From Balamuthia mandrillaris (Eukaryota): 54,517 nucleotides of DNA. Every line of letters begins with the position of its first letter. Within the stretch, counting starts at the first letter, position 1. Below the pieces are notes generated by a model. That model was not told the origin of the DNA, searched no databases, and was given only the letters and a program-made list of their open reading frames with translations. Position numbers and translations under genes: made by a program. Where the stretch lies: assembly GCA_031835245.2 (NCBI GenBank), contig JAVKOQ020000096.1, positions 124,001-178,517 on the forward strand, read 5' to 3'. Shown piece by piece: positions 35,252 through 48,158 of this stretch.

Positions 35252-38200
35252 TTTTCTCTTTCCATTTGCTCCCTTTTCTCTTCTCTCTCTCTCTCTCTCT
35301 CTCTCGTTTCTTTCGTTCATTCATTTTATCTAACGCACTTTGCTCTTCTTCGTCGTCGTCTTCTGGTTCTTCTTCTTCGTCTTTTTCTTTTTCTTCTTCC
35401 TCTTCTTCTTCTTCTCTGATCAACAGCTACAAAAGAAGGCGACAAAGGACCAACAGCTGATCTCTGGCAATATTTGCAATGTTTGAAGGACTTGCTGCCA
35501 TCCTCTTCTCATATAGACGTGGTGGACAACCTCAGCAATATTAAGACGAGGGAGGGTAAAGCACGTGCTTGGTTCCGGTTGGCTTTGAACGAAAAGATTC
35601 TTGCTGATGCGTTACAAGCTCTTATCAACAACAAATCCTCGAGAACGTTCGTTTCTAATTCTCTTTCCTTCTTTTTTGTGCTTTGGGTGTGTTGGCTAAT
35701 GTTGAATTATATACAGCAAATGGTACAACGAAAGTGCGTTGATGTGTCATGCGGAAGACACCATGATCATAGTGAATTTGCTGCGTGGTTTGAGCGGAGT
35801 TGATTTTGCTCTTTCTCTCAACAACGACAGGCTCGACCACGGTAACGACTCTTTTCCAGCTGCCTCATCCAAGTTCGTTTTTTCGCTCTTCTCGCTCTCT
35901 CTTCTCTTCGCAATTCTCATTGCTCTGTTCTTCTCTTTTCTCTTTTGCTCTTTTCTTTTTTTTCCCCATTCTATTTTAAACAGAGCAACACAGCCGAAGC
36001 GAAAGAAAAAAGGAGGAAGAAGAAAACGACGACAAGCGGTGATCCTCGACCACAATGCTCCTGCTAATATTTTCCCTTCTTCTTCTCCGCCTTCATCCTC
36101 CTCTTCATCAACTACCAAAACCACAGATATTAATAATTCAAGCGAAGATGATAATTATTCGACCACTTTACCTCCAATTTCCACAAAATCCGATTCTTCT
36201 TCTTTTGTGGCACCTTCCTTTTCGTCTTCTACTGTGTCCATTCGATCATTACCAGATACACTTTCAACGTCCTCATTTGTTTCACCATCTTCTTCAGCCA
36301 TGCAAACTCAAAGACAACCTTTAATCGAACAAACTATTCCAGAAAATGGAAACACTGCACGTGAAGATAAAACATCAGCAACCAATGCAAAATCTACAAA
36401 CAACTCTTTACCTTCCGGTGCTGAAAAAATGATAGAACCAAAAGAACAACAGGAAGAAGAGACAAAGGAGGATGAAGAGAAGTTGAAGAAGGAACGCGAG
36501 ATACGGGCTTTGCAGGAACAACTGCGGATGATCGAACAAAAATTGTCAAGTGCGAAAGCCATTCAAACTATCACCACCCGTTCACCTACACAAGCAAAAG
36601 AAGATCCTACATTGCAGAACGACGAATCTAGTTCTTCTACCTCTGAAGCTGCAGCTACTTCCCCCTCTCCAACAAGCACTAAGTTTGCTTCGTCTGATAT
36701 TACTCCTTCAATCGTGTCGCAACAACAAAAAATAACCGAAACAGAAAACGAAAGAGAACAAGGAAAACATCATGAAGACAAAGAAGAGGAACCTGAAGAG
36801 CAAGAAAAAGAGGAAGAAGAAGAGCAAGAAACAGAAGAACTAGAAAGCAACAAGGCAGATACCAATGGACAGGTCAACACAATGAGCAACGCCGCTGCCA
36901 GCGCGCTTGCATCCGTGACAAACGTGGAGTACGTTGGACGGACGATGAGCGCTCTTATTCAGAACCTTCAATCTCTGCGACAGGCTCCGTTTGCTGGTAC
37001 CTCATCATTGTCTTGGCGAAAGAAGGAAGAAGAGAAAGAGGTTGGAGTTGATGACAAACAGAACAAAGAGGAAGAAGAAACCGAGGAAGTGGAACCATGG
37101 ATTGTTTTGGACAAAGATACTATGCCTTCTTCTGAGCAAAATGATCAGCAGAACTCTGCTTTGCCACAAGAAGAAGCGAACGCAAAACAAGAAACTACAG
37201 ACGACGTTTCTTCAGTTGAAGAAGAAAAGCATAGTAAAGAAGATGATATCGCAGAAGAAAAGGAAGGACAAAACGTAGATGACGACACCCCAATCGAAGA
37301 CAAAGGCACGTCTCAGGAGGATGCCAAAGCAGCTTATGTTCCACCAGAAACGCTTTATCCTTTCTACTTTCCATTCGAAAGGCCACCCCATGGCGAAGAG
37401 AAACGATCATCAGAGGAAGAATCACAGCAGTCGTTGATCGAAGAAAGCAATGAAACAACTCAACAGACACCTACAAACAATCCTTCTTCTGTTCCTTCTA
37501 CTTCATTGACCGCGAGCACAACCGCTAAGCCCACAACTTCTCCCTCTGCGTCTTTATCTGCTTTATCCAACTCGACTACCCTTCGTTCTCTATCTGCCTC
37601 CAACAACAATAACGCTACTGCTTCTCCCGCAGGTAGAAAAAGAGGACATACAAAGAGTTACTCTCTTCCTGCTCCTTCTGTCCTCTCCTCTGCTTTTATC
37701 GACAGTCTTCTCGCCGCCAACACAGACATTGAATTTGAGCTTGATTCCACTTCATCTTCCGCTTCAACTTCTTCAAATGCCAAAACTTCTCTTTCTGCCT
37801 CTTCATCACCTCCCTCCTCTTCACCACCTTCTTCGTTCTCTCCTTCCGGTTCTTTCTCTCCAGCTGCTTCTTCACCACGTTCTTCTTCCTCCCTGTCATC
37901 ATCGTCCTCCTCCTCACCTACTTCGTCTTCTACTTCTTCCTTTTCGTCTACTTCTCCTGACTCGCTTGAAATGTCTGTGAAGGAGAAGAGGACTAAAGAC
38001 GTTATCAATGTTACCACTTTTGTGGTTCCACCTGACCCGAGAGACCTCTTTTCGGCATCTTTGCTGGTTCATCTTCCCCCGCAACGCACGCCCTCTTCTC
38101 CAGTACGTTTCTTCATGTCTTTTCTTTCACCTTGAATTCTTCTTGTGATCTTTAAACTAACTTTTTTTGTTCTAAACTTTTAAAGGCAAGAACACGGAGT

Positions 38201-39594
38201 CAATCTTCCCTTCACAGGACACGTACATTGTCCCTCCAAAGAGCTGCTCTTTCCTCCGCTTCCTCTGTTGGTTCAGCACAGACGGGATGGCGACCACCGA
38301 AACGGCAACTGCACTTTGTCATTCATGAAAAGCAGAGCCCTCGAGAACAAGGCAACTTGTGTGCTGGCTGTGGCTCAACTTTTCCTCCTCAAGGTAGTTC
38401 TTCTCGTTTCTTCTCACTTCTTCATGCTCTATTACATTAACAAAAACATTCGATAAAGGCTATTTGATATCAACAACGCGATATTGCGAGTACACCGGTC
38501 TTCATTTCTGCTACGAGTGTCACGTGAAGGACCAATGCATCATCCCCAGCCGCGTCCTCGCCAATTGGGACTTTAAACGCTACTACGTGTCGAGGTTCGC
38601 TAGGCTGTTTCTACGCGAGATCGCGGAAGAGCCTGCCTTCAATATTTCTGTCCTCAATCCAGCTCTGTACACCATGGTTCCTGCTTTGCAAAAGATTAAG
38701 GTGAGTTTTTCTCATTCCTTTTCTTCCGTTTCTTTCACCTTTCTCCTTACCTTTTTTTTAAATATTTATGTAGGTTCTTCGCGAGCAATTATTTTACATG
38801 AAGGACTTTGTATTGACGTGCAGAGACAAAGACCGTTTGCTCTCTCCATTGCTCAAACCTGCTCGGTTGCATCTCATCTACACGACGGAGGAGTACTCTC
38901 TTCGTGACCTTTACGAAGTCTCCCAAAACATTCTGCTCTCCTTCGTTCGCACCATTGCTGAGCATTTCTTGCTTCACATTTTGAAGTGCGAGGTATTCTT
39001 CTTCTTCTTCTTCTTCCTCTTCTTCCTCATCTTCTTCTTGTTCTTGTTCTTGTTCTTGTTCTTGTTCTTGTTCTTGTTCTTCTTCTTCTTCTTGTTCTAC
39101 TTCTTCTTCTTCTTCTTCTTGTTCTTGTTCTTGTTCTTGTTCTTGTTCTTGTTCTTGTTCTTGTTCTTGTTCTTCTTCTTCTTCTTGTTCTTCTTCTTCT
39201 TCTTCTTCTTCTTCTTCTTGTTCTTCTTGTTCTTCTTCTTCTTTTCTTCTTCTTCTTCTTCTTCTTGTTCTTCTTCTTCTTCTTCTTCTTCTTCTTCTTC
39301 TTCTTCTTCTTCTCTCTCTCCTCTCTCTTTCCATTCTTTGTCCATATTTCTCAAATAACCAACACAAAACACAAACAGTTGTGCAAAGCCAAAGGTTCAT
39401 TCTGTGAGTTTTGCAAGAGCACCACCCCCATTTATCCATTCCAGCTGAGAACCACCGTTCAATGCCCCGCCTGTCGCACGCTCTACCATCGCAACTGCTT
39501 CCGTTTGGAGGAATGCCCCAAGTGCCTTCGTTTGCAGCAACGTGCCATCATCCCACCTTCCTCCAGTAACAACGCTGCGAGCTCTTCTTCTTGA
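34810..39594 (+). CDS. RUN domain + Rubicon-homology (DUF4206) protein, PLEKHM1/Rubicon/DEF8 family, multi-exon
   Basis: RUN: LEQVLKH, GKARAWFRLALNEK. RH: CAGCG, RYCEYTGLHFCYECH, IPSRVLANWDF, CEVCKAKGSFCEFC, CPAC...HRNC...CPKC. Confidence 0.88.
38995..39311. repeat. Intronic (TTC)n/(TTCTTG)n compound microsatellite
   Basis: Directly visible ~315 bp tandem array. Confidence 0.95.
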
Positions 39595-39870
39595 CAAGCT
39601 TGTTTTTTGTTTTTGTAGTTTGTTTTATTGTTTTTTCTGTGGTATATTTTTTCTGAGAACTTCTTCGTTTCCTTGCACGCTTCTCGCAAGCCTCGTTCTC
39701 CTTTGAGCCATCGTTGCTGTCGCTATAACGGTTTTGTTGTTACCGCCAAAACGATTAATTAACGTTCATGTTAAGAACAAAGAAGAGAAGAACCGTTGTT
39801 CTAGTCAGACCCGAGGGTAACAAAAGAAAAAGACCAAGACTACTGAAGGAGGAGCTCATCACATCATCGG

Positions 39871-41247
39871 ATGGAAGCTAAAAAGGAGAGCAGCAGGAAG
39901 GAAGCAAGGAAGGAGGACAGGCACTCTTACTCCGTGGCTCGTCCGTTGAAGCGCAAACATGTCTCGGCTGCTGCCTCTGCCACGAAAGAAGAGCAGGAAG
40001 CGTCGCCAAACAACGGTCCGTCCACCAAGAAGGCAAAGCCCCTTCACACCATCTCCTCTCACCAACAAGAACAACAACAAACAGATGACGGCAAGAACAA
40101 CGTGGACTGGATGCAACTGCCAGAAGAACTCCTCGCCTTGGTTTTCTCCGTGTTGGATCCCTTGTTCGTGGGCATCGCGGCCAGGACCTGCCGTGCTTGG
40201 TACTCCTGCGCTCCGCCTTCTCTCCGCGACCGGCTGTACAAAGCGGCCGCCTGCAGCTCCATCTCGCTGTTGGCATGGGCTGTGGAGGAGAATGACTGTC
40301 CTTTTAACGCGGGCCTGACTGCTATGATGGCCAAACAGGGCAAACTGGAAGTACTGAAATGGGCTCGGGAGGAGTTGGGCTGTCCTTGGGACACGGCTAC
40401 ATGCGATCTGGCCGCCGAGCATGGCCATTTGGAGCTGTTGCAGTGGGCCAGAGCCCGTGGATGTCCTTGGAGTCGGTACACTTGCATCAACGCTGCCCAG
40501 AACGGGCACGTAGAGGTGCTGAAGTGGGCCAGACAGAATGGATGTCCCTGGGACGACTTTGTTTGCCGCTTGGCTGCTCGCCAGGGTCAGTTGGAAGCGT
40601 TGAAATGGGCCAGAGAGAACGGATGCCCTTGGGACGAGCGCGTCTGCAGCCGGGCTGCTGAAGGCGGCCACTTGGAGGTGCTGAAGTGGGCCAGAGAGAA
40701 CGGGTGCCCTTGGAATAGCCAGACTTGTTCCATGGCTGCCTATTATGGTCATTTGGACATACTTCAGTGGGCCAGAGAGAACGGATGTCCTTGGAACCAC
40801 CAGACTTGCAACTGGGCAGCAACAAGTGGTCATTTGGAGGTGTTACAATGGGCCAGAAAGAACGGATGTCCTTGGGGCGCTAACACTTGCGCCCACGCCG
40901 CCGAGCATGGCCATTTGGAAGTGCTGAAATGGCTGAGAGCCAACGGATGCCCGTGGCAGGAAGACACATGCACCAATGCAGCCCAGCGGGGCCATTTGGA
41001 GGTGCTGAAATGGGCAAGGGAGAACGGGTGCCCTTGGGACGAGCAAGCTTGCACTGGGGCTGCTGAGTATGGCCGTTTGGAAGTGCTGAAATGGCTGAGA
41101 GCCAATGGATGCCCGTGGGACAAGGATACCTGCCACTCTGCTGCGTTAGGCAACCATTGGGAGGTGCTGCGATGGGCCAGGGAGAACGGATGCCCTTGGG
41201 GCAAGTCCGCGAGGAAGTGGGCTGCGGAGAACGGGTATGTGGAATAG
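39871..41247 (+). CDS. F-box-like + 27-aa ankyrin-type repeat protein (GHLEVLKWARENGCPW family)
   Basis: Intronless 458-aa ORF; WMQLPEELLALVF...CRAW followed by ~11 repeats. Confidence 0.9.
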   Translation: MEAKKESSRKEARKEDRHSYSVARPLKRKHVSAAASATKEEQEASPNNGPSTKKAKPLHTISSHQQEQQQTDDGKNNVDWMQLPEELLALVFSVLDPLFVGIAARTCRAWYSCAPPSLRDRLYKAAACSSISLLAWAVEENDCPFNAGLTAMMAKQGKLEVLKWAREELGCPWDTATCDLAAEHGHLELLQWARARGCPWSRYTCINAAQNGHVEVLKWARQNGCPWDDFVCRLAARQGQLEALKWARENGCPWDERVCSRAAEGGHLEVLKWARENGCPWNSQTCSMAAYYGHLDILQWARENGCPWNHQTCNWAATSGHLEVLQWARKNGCPWGANTCAHAAEHGHLEVLKWLRANGCPWQEDTCTNAAQRGHLEVLKWARENGCPWDEQACTGAAEYGRLEVLKWLRANGCPWDKDTCHSAALGNHWEVLRWARENGCPWGKSARKWAAENGYVE

Positions 41248-42337
41248 CAGAGCTGTTGCTTAATGGGAAGGAAGCAAAGGCTGTTACCTCTTAGCACACA
41301 TGATACCGACATCACCAAAGGGTTAGCTTGTGTTTTTTTCTTTTAACTTTCTACTTGTTTGTTTTTTGTTGTCGTTTGCGTTTCCTGACAGGGGAGGGCA
41401 AAGGCCACAAACAGATGGCACCATTATGATACCACCGCTCTGCAAACACTCCCGCGTTGCCTGTCTGGCTCCAATCCTGCGTCTCGTCATCATAATCGGC
41501 TTCCGCAAAGAACTCTTCCGGCACGATCTCCTCGTCTGCTAAGGGAATGCTCTCGGAGCAGGAAAGGCCTTTGAAGGTGAAGTCCTTTTCAAAGGGATCA
41601 AAGTCCGTCACTTCGTTGTACCGACTTACAGAACAATGGCCTTCTTCTCGCATCGTAACCATGCCAATGTCCATTGCAAACGGAAGAGGACCTCCTCCTC
41701 CACCACTATTGGAGATTGCCTCTTTGAGCACGTTGTAGATGGCACGGTCTCTGCCTTTGAGGCTTTTGTAGGATTGAAGGCCAGCTTCGGAGTACTGATG
41801 GTCCAGCATCAAGGCAATGTGTTCTGGTGCGTCATGCTCCATGTTTTGCCAATGCCTCAGTATGGCCTGTACATGTTTCACCACGAGCAGGTTTTCAGGA
41901 GCTCGCACCGCAGGTGCTCTTTGCACTCTTCCAGCTTGCGAGGAAGCAGGAGGAGGCGGAGGAGGACGAGTGACCAGGTTGTAGACAAGACTAAGGCGAT
42001 AACCCCATGTCACCGGCTGCACCTCATGTGGGCAATCCGCATAGAAGGCAACATATCTGTACAGCAAGTAGGCGGCCCCTTCACTGAGGTCAAACGTCTT
42101 TGAGAGGAAGCGGTGCTTTCTGCCTGGCTGTTGGCGAGGATGGTGGACCACCAGCTCACCTCCTTCATACCTGCACGGCAACTGGACCACCAGGGAGGCG
42201 AACATGCCATCCTCCTTCTCAGAGTCGCGATGAGGCTTGAAGAAACCGCCCTCCTCATACAGCAGCAGCTTGTAGAGACTAGCCTGCACACGCTCGGGCT
42301 TTGGGTGTCCCAACTCCTCCGCACAAAGTTTGGCCAG

Positions 42338-43902
42338 CCCTGCGGTTTCACAAAAGATTGCCATGAAAAAAATATATTGTTTGGTGCAAATAAAGCTCCA
42401 AGAAGGCTACTGCCAAACATGCCAAGTCTGGTTTCTGGCAGAGCACTGCCTGTGCTGCTCTGCATTGCTGGCGACCAAGCGTAGATTGTGTTTCCACCCA
42501 AGATAGGCAGTTCTCATTTCCTCATACAATCTGGCTCCACGTTTCCCAGGTCGGTAGCCTTCCTCTAGCAACCAACGGACATACGCCCTTGAAGGTCGCG
42601 GCCCCATCCACCCAACGTGCTTGAAGTAGGATTGAATGCTCTCTGTAGAGGGGCAATAATAGGCATGCAGTATCGCCTTCAGTTTGGCTACATAAGAATC
42701 GTGACGCTCCTGGAAATAGAGCTTCTTAAGCTGGGAGTTAAAGGGGTTATCACATGGGTTTACAAATGCCCCGCCTGTAGCTGGGAAGGAACAGGTTGAA
42801 GCTCCCATCTCCATGAATAAATCTTGAACCGAGTGTGCAGTGTACTCAGGTCCACGGTCATGGACCACCAACGGATTGTCATTCAGGTAGTCCCCTACCA
42901 AGTCCAACCACCGCAACGTTAGATCCGCTGAAGGTGCTGAGAGGCCAGGAATGTAGACCACTTTTCCATCCCCTCCAACGTCAACATCCTTGGGCACAGT
43001 AGGGCAGTGGTGAATATGACAGGAGGAAGCACCTCCCCGCTCATGACCAATCCTTCATATAAGATCGTTTTGTAGTCAAACCTGTTTTCCCAGAGTGAGG
43101 GCTGGCCACTGTTGGGATGGTGTTTAAAAGTTACACAGAGATCCCGTGAGAATTAGATTGGAGCATTACAGGTGCATTACCATGGCAAAATAATCTAAAA
43201 CCGGGGCTACATACCTTCCCTGTGGAGCATATGTCCTGAGGATGTACTCAGGGTGTGTGAATCGTACAGTGTCCACAGCAACTACGCGGGTGGGATCTCC
43301 AAGCTCACCGATCTCGTGTCGTGCACCCTCCCAAAATCGATGGAGCTCTTGAGGAAGTTGAAGTCTTGCATACTTGGAGGGCCTGTTGGCAGCTTGATGA
43401 GAGGACAGGTGTAAAGCTTTCATGTGGGTAGGGTGGATACCCAACCAATGCTAGAAGCCATCCTCCTGAAAGCTGGTGGCGACGAGCTTTTGGATGGCAT
43501 TGATGGAGGTCTGCTTGTGGGCCTTCGCATGAGAAAGAACCCAACCTCCGACCACCAGCTGCTCTTGACGAGAGAGTTTTGGGGGACGGCCACGGGGTGA
43601 AAGGACGGCAGGGTCCCGAGGAGGTGCAGCTTCTTGCCTTTTCCAGCGATTCACGGTGGAAGCATCTGGAGTGTCCGCATTCTTGAGGAAGGGATAGGGT
43701 GTTGGCTTTTTTTTGTGTACTTTTTTTCCTCACCTCAGTTTGAGCAAGGCAGAGTTTCTTGGTGTCTTCAGAATAGTTATGGCGAGGCCTCTTCCTGCTT
43801 GCCATTGTTTCGCTCCTTCTACTTTTTTTCTTTCCTCCCGACTCAACAGTTCACCTGGCCAATCAGTGGAAAATCATGGGAAACTTTTCTAAAACCGCAG
43901 GG
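42338..43902 (-). mobile_element. Tc1/mariner/pogo-superfamily DNA transposon, 1565 bp, 29-bp TIRs
   Basis: TIR CCCTGCGGTTTCACAAAAGATTGCCATGA (42338-42366) matches the reverse complement of 43874-43902, CCCTGCGGTTTTAGAAAAGTTTCCCATGA, at 25/29. Encloses a transposase. Confidence 0.85.
42407..43805 (-). pseudogene. Frameshifted DD35D transposase with a spliceosomal intron (43109-43214)
   Basis: HTH-like N-terminus (YSEDTKK...STVNRWK, GRPPKLS); catalytic VAVDT, VHDRG, and NPCD 35 aa later; several 1-nt frameshifts. Confidence 0.75.
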
Positions 43903-44325
43903 CCTTGAGGTCGGGCAGCGTCCGTTCGGTGAGGGGCAAAGGGATGACGCCGAGCGTGGGGCAAAAGAGCTCTGGCAACATGGCCAGAGGGTAGCGGTCG
44001 CTGAAAGCAAAGACGCCTTGCTCTACGGAGTCGAGTTGGGTGTAGAGGGCCTCTCCCACTGTTGTGTATGTGTGTTTTTCACAGCGTGAGAAAAGGAGCG
44101 AAACCAAGAGACGCGCACATGTTTGTTAACGAAAGGGCAAGGCAAGCCGTATCGTGTCTACCATTCGATATTTCAAGCTCCTCCTCTTCTTCTTCTTCCT
44201 CTTCTTGTTCTTCATACTCATCTATGGTGATGACCGGCGTCTTCCTCTTCATCCTTTAAACTTGGTTTTTTTTTTCTGTAGTATTTGATAGTAAAATATA
44301 TAATAAATATAAGAGAAACAGAGAG

Positions 44326-44370
<45 letters not shown>

Positions 44371-44379
44371 GGAGAGAAG

Positions 44380-44415
<36 letters not shown>

Positions 44416-44443
44416 GAAAGAGGAAGAGTGTTGTTTCTTCTTC

Positions 44444-45850
44444 TCAAGGAAAAGAGATGGAAGTAATAGAGTGGTAGTAGCCAGAGGCGTCAAACTTTCC
44501 CCGTTGGGAGAGATGAATGCCGCTCAGTTTGATCTCGCCAAAGCTTCGTGAGGAGTGACGGCTGAGCAGCTGGGTGGCATCGATTGGGATCCGTTCCTCC
44601 TGGTCTCTGCTTCCTCCTCTTCCTGCTCCGCCTCTTCCTCCTCTTTGTTGTTGTCTACTTGAGGTGGACTCTTCCTCTCCTCCGTCTTCGGCTTGTGTTC
44701 TTAGCCGCGTGTTGATAAGCGTGGCATGCAGCTGTGCATGTTATGCTGTGTCAGTGTCTCTTTATGTATTAGCCTGTGTTCTTGTTGAAAAGACGAACCT
44801 TTACGGGACGCATCTCAGCCTCTGATATGAGGCCAGCCTTTGAAAACTCTTTCTGCAGATATTCTATAGATATTATGTTTGTTAAAGTTTGTTGGTTAAC
44901 CCGCAAGAGAGAGAGAGAGAGACGTAACTACAAACGGCAGGCAATCGCGGTGGCTCCTGCAACTCCTTCACACCCATGTACACCACATCCACCCTGCTGG
45001 GGTCATCGTTCATCATCTCCAGGCCCGTCAGCGCCACCCTCAGGGAGGTCGTGCCCACCACGTCGTAAACCGCCGCGGCGCAGCCCCTCAGCAGCTCCTT
45101 GGCCCTCTCCACCTCCCTCTCGCTGTAGAGCTTCAGCATGAGGAGGGTCAAATGCAGCTTGGCGGGGTCCACCAGGATGGACTCCTCCAGGCCACGCCGC
45201 TGGCCCTGCTGCTCCTCCTGCAGCAGCTGCCGACAAAACTGGCGCACGCCCTGGAGGAGCTCCGCGTCCGTCGTCAAAGGGATGGACAGGAAGTGGGTGT
45301 AGGGGAGCCTCTCCAGGGCCTGCTGGCAGAGGATCTCGATGCGGCTGCGGGCCGAGCGCACGGCCTGCCGGGAGGGACCGCGGATGACCACCTGCTGTTG
45401 GTGCGGGGCTGCGCCCTGGCGAGGGATGAGGAGGGTGGTGCCGGTGTCGCTCTGCAGCTTGCTGCGCATCTGGCCGCCCTTGCCGATGAGGAACGGGTAG
45501 AAGGCGGGCGCCAAGGGCAGGCGCAGCACGCAGAGCCCAGAGTCAGGTTCCTGTTCGATGGGGAGCGCGTCCTCCTCCCCTTCTGCCGTGTCGACCATCA
45601 TCTTTTCTTCTTCGATGAGGTTGGCAGAGGGGGGCAGAGCGCTGCAAACGGGTTCATCTTGTTCAAAGCGTGGTTCCTCTTCGGCTTGCTTTCTGTTTGC
45701 TGTTGCTGTTGTTGTTGTTGTGGAGGTTGATGGTGCAGAGACCCTACGACGACGCGTCGAGCTGAGCGGACGGTCTACCTTGGCTTTACGAAAGGTCCTG
45801 CCGTGCACCGTGACCAGGGTGATCCCTTCCTCCTGGCTGTAATCCTCCAT
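44444..45850 (-). CDS. ASCC1: Activating signal cointegrator 1 complex subunit 1 (KH + 2H phosphoesterase), multi-exon
   Basis: KH motif FLIGKGG; YTHFLSIPL; KLHLTL and QLHATLINT HxT motifs; MNDDPSRVDVVY; SGYY C-terminus. Confidence 0.92.
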
Positions 45851-45986
45851 TTCTTCGCCTTTATCTTTTCTTCTTTTGTTAGCTTTATCTTTTCATGACG
45901 ACACGAAACATTCACGTCGTCACGAACAAACCATCATGTCGTCATGAAAATATCCATTAAAAAAACAAAGTTGCATTTAAAAAGAG

Positions 45987-47383
45987 ATGCACAGAGCTAC
46001 GCAGATGGGAAGAGGAGGGCTGCTGAAGGCCTTCAGACCCACCTGGACTAAAAATCCTTGCCTTCCTTCCTTCTTTTCCAACCCGTCCTCATCCTCATCT
46101 TCTTCTTTCTCACTTTGCAGCCATTTCTACGCCACCACCAGCAAAGAGCATAATGGCGGTGGTGGTGGAATGCTGAGCAAAGAGCAGAGGGAGCGGTTCC
46201 GCAGGGAGGGCTTCTTGGTGCTGCCCGAGCTGTTGGACCGGCGGCTGGCCTTGAGGCTGCAGGCCAAGGTGGAGCCGCTGTTTGCCGGCGAGTTTGACAC
46301 CGGCGTTTACCCCGACGAGTGGCACTGGCGTAAGGGCATGAGCAGGGACGACGTTACGCGCGAGATCGTTAACGCTGTATGTACTTTACTTTTTGTTTAT
46401 TTATTTATTATTTTTTGTATTTTTGTTTATTTATTTTTATTTATTTTTATTTTATTTTATTTTATTTTATTTTATTTTATTTTATATATTTTTATTTTAT
46501 TTTCTTATTTTGTTTTTGTTTTTTTTTTGTTTCAAATTGCAGTGGAAAAGCGATACGACGATAGCCAGCGTTGTCCTCTCGGAGAGGCTTGGCCGCATCA
46601 TCTCCCAACTGATGGGCTGGCAGGGCACACGCATCGCCCAAGACGACGTCTGGTTGCCATCCCTTTTCTTCCTCTCCTCCTTCTCTCCTCTCTCCTCTTC
46701 TTTTTTTGGCTTTTTAGCTCTTCTTTATTCTATTCTTTCTGTTTTAGTACTTCTTTCTTATGCGAAATGATATGCAGGTGGAAGCCACCAGGCACCGCTG
46801 CTGTCGCTTTCCACCAAGATTCTCCTTACTTCGACTTTCTTGAGCCAGTTAGTCTTTCATCTTTCTTCTTTCTTCTTGTTCTTCTTCATTAGCTTCTGCT
46901 TCTTCTTTCTTGATATCTTCTCTCACCATCATCTCTGCTTCTTAAAGGCCAATGAAGTGGTGACATGTTGGATAGCATTAGACGACACCACAGAAGAGGC
47001 AGGCACTCTACAATACGCCCGAGGCTCTCATCTTTGGAAGCCGACAACAACAAATAACAACAATGCTGACGATGAAAGCGGCATCATGAAAGACTTTTTC
47101 ACCAGTGTGGACTATCAAAGAGCACTTAGGAAAGCGGCTGCTGCCTCTGGCGCACAACCAGACATTGTCTCTGTGGAAGTGCCCATTGGTGGATGCGCTT
47201 TTCATGTTCGTTCTTCTTTCCTTTCCATTGTAACTTATCATTGACCTTCGACAACAAACAACAAGGATGGAAGGTTGTGGCACGGTTCTGGTAAAAACGT
47301 GAGCAAGGACAGAATACGCAGAAGCTTAGCAGTCCATGCCATCCGTCACGACTGTCGATTCAAGCCAGACAATGTTGGCGTAC

Positions 47384-47428
<45 letters not shown>

Positions 47429-47620
47429 AACTAACCACGTCTCTCTCACCTCTTCAACATTCGTTTTAACTTCTAAACAAAACTGGTGCAGTACATTTAT
47501 GGCAGATATAAGATGCACGGAAAGACCGAAATGGAGGAGACCTTCTTCCCGATCACGTGGAGAGAGGATGGCTATCGCTCTCCTTCCATTGCGCACTACG
47601 CCGCTGACCCTTTAGCCTGA
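45987..47620 (+). CDS. Phytanoyl-CoA dioxygenase (PhyH) family protein, probably mitochondrial, multi-exon
   Basis: FRREGFLVL, WKPPG...FHQD, TCWIALDD...GTLQY, FHDGRLWHGSGKN. Confidence 0.88.
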
Positions 47621-47907
47621 CCAACACGATGATGTGCGCCCGCCCGAACTTTGGTTTTTTTTTGTCTTTAAAAAAAAACGTAGCAAAAAATGTAGCACCG
47701 TTTGTTTGTCTTTCTGCCCTCCCATGCAGCAAACGCAACAAGCACCGCCACGCATGCTCCCACATGTTCTGTCCAGTTCTCTCAGGCTTCGCACAAACCA
47801 CAAAAAAAAAAGCAACGGCCAAAGGAGGGAGGAACAAACACAAGCCTCACAGAAGCCAAGCAGAACAGTTGGTGAACCGAATGGAAAGAAAGTTGTGCCT
47901 CGCGACC

Positions 47908-47938
<31 letters not shown>

Positions 47939-48158
47939 CTTCTTCTTCTTCTTCTTCTTCTTCTTCTCCTTCTCCTTCTTCTCCCTCTCCTTCTTCTTCT
48001 TCTCCCTAACCTTCTCCCTCGAAGTTACCTTCTTCTGCCTATGTCCTCTTTTTGAGATAAAGATGGGTAATGTACAACAACAACAAAGCTTCGGACTATA
48101 TGTTTTTTGATTGCGAAGAGCAGACGAAGAAGATAAACGTTATTTTCATTCTTTTTTT

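Larger units (their letters stand above)
41351..44252 (-). pseudogene. 2OG-Fe(II) oxygenase gene disrupted by a transposon (42338-43902)
   Basis: Exon MKRKTPVITIDEYEEQ... (ATG 44252), intron, then VGEAL...GVIPLPLTERTLPDLK up to the element. After it: LAKLCAEELG...LYKLLLYEEGGFFKPHRDSEK...FYADCPHEVQPVTWGYRLSLVYNL. Confidence 0.8.

Noticed and set aside
38789..39439. Long poly-E/R/K/F ORFs here and at 51158-52029 and 7735-8332
   Set aside because: Artefacts of stop-free intronic microsatellites.
42338..43902. Transposon acting as a perfectly spliced introner, or carrying a Fanzor/TnpB gene
   Set aside because: The candidate GC...CAG splice does not restore the frame, and there is no room or RuvC motif for a nuclease gene inside the element.
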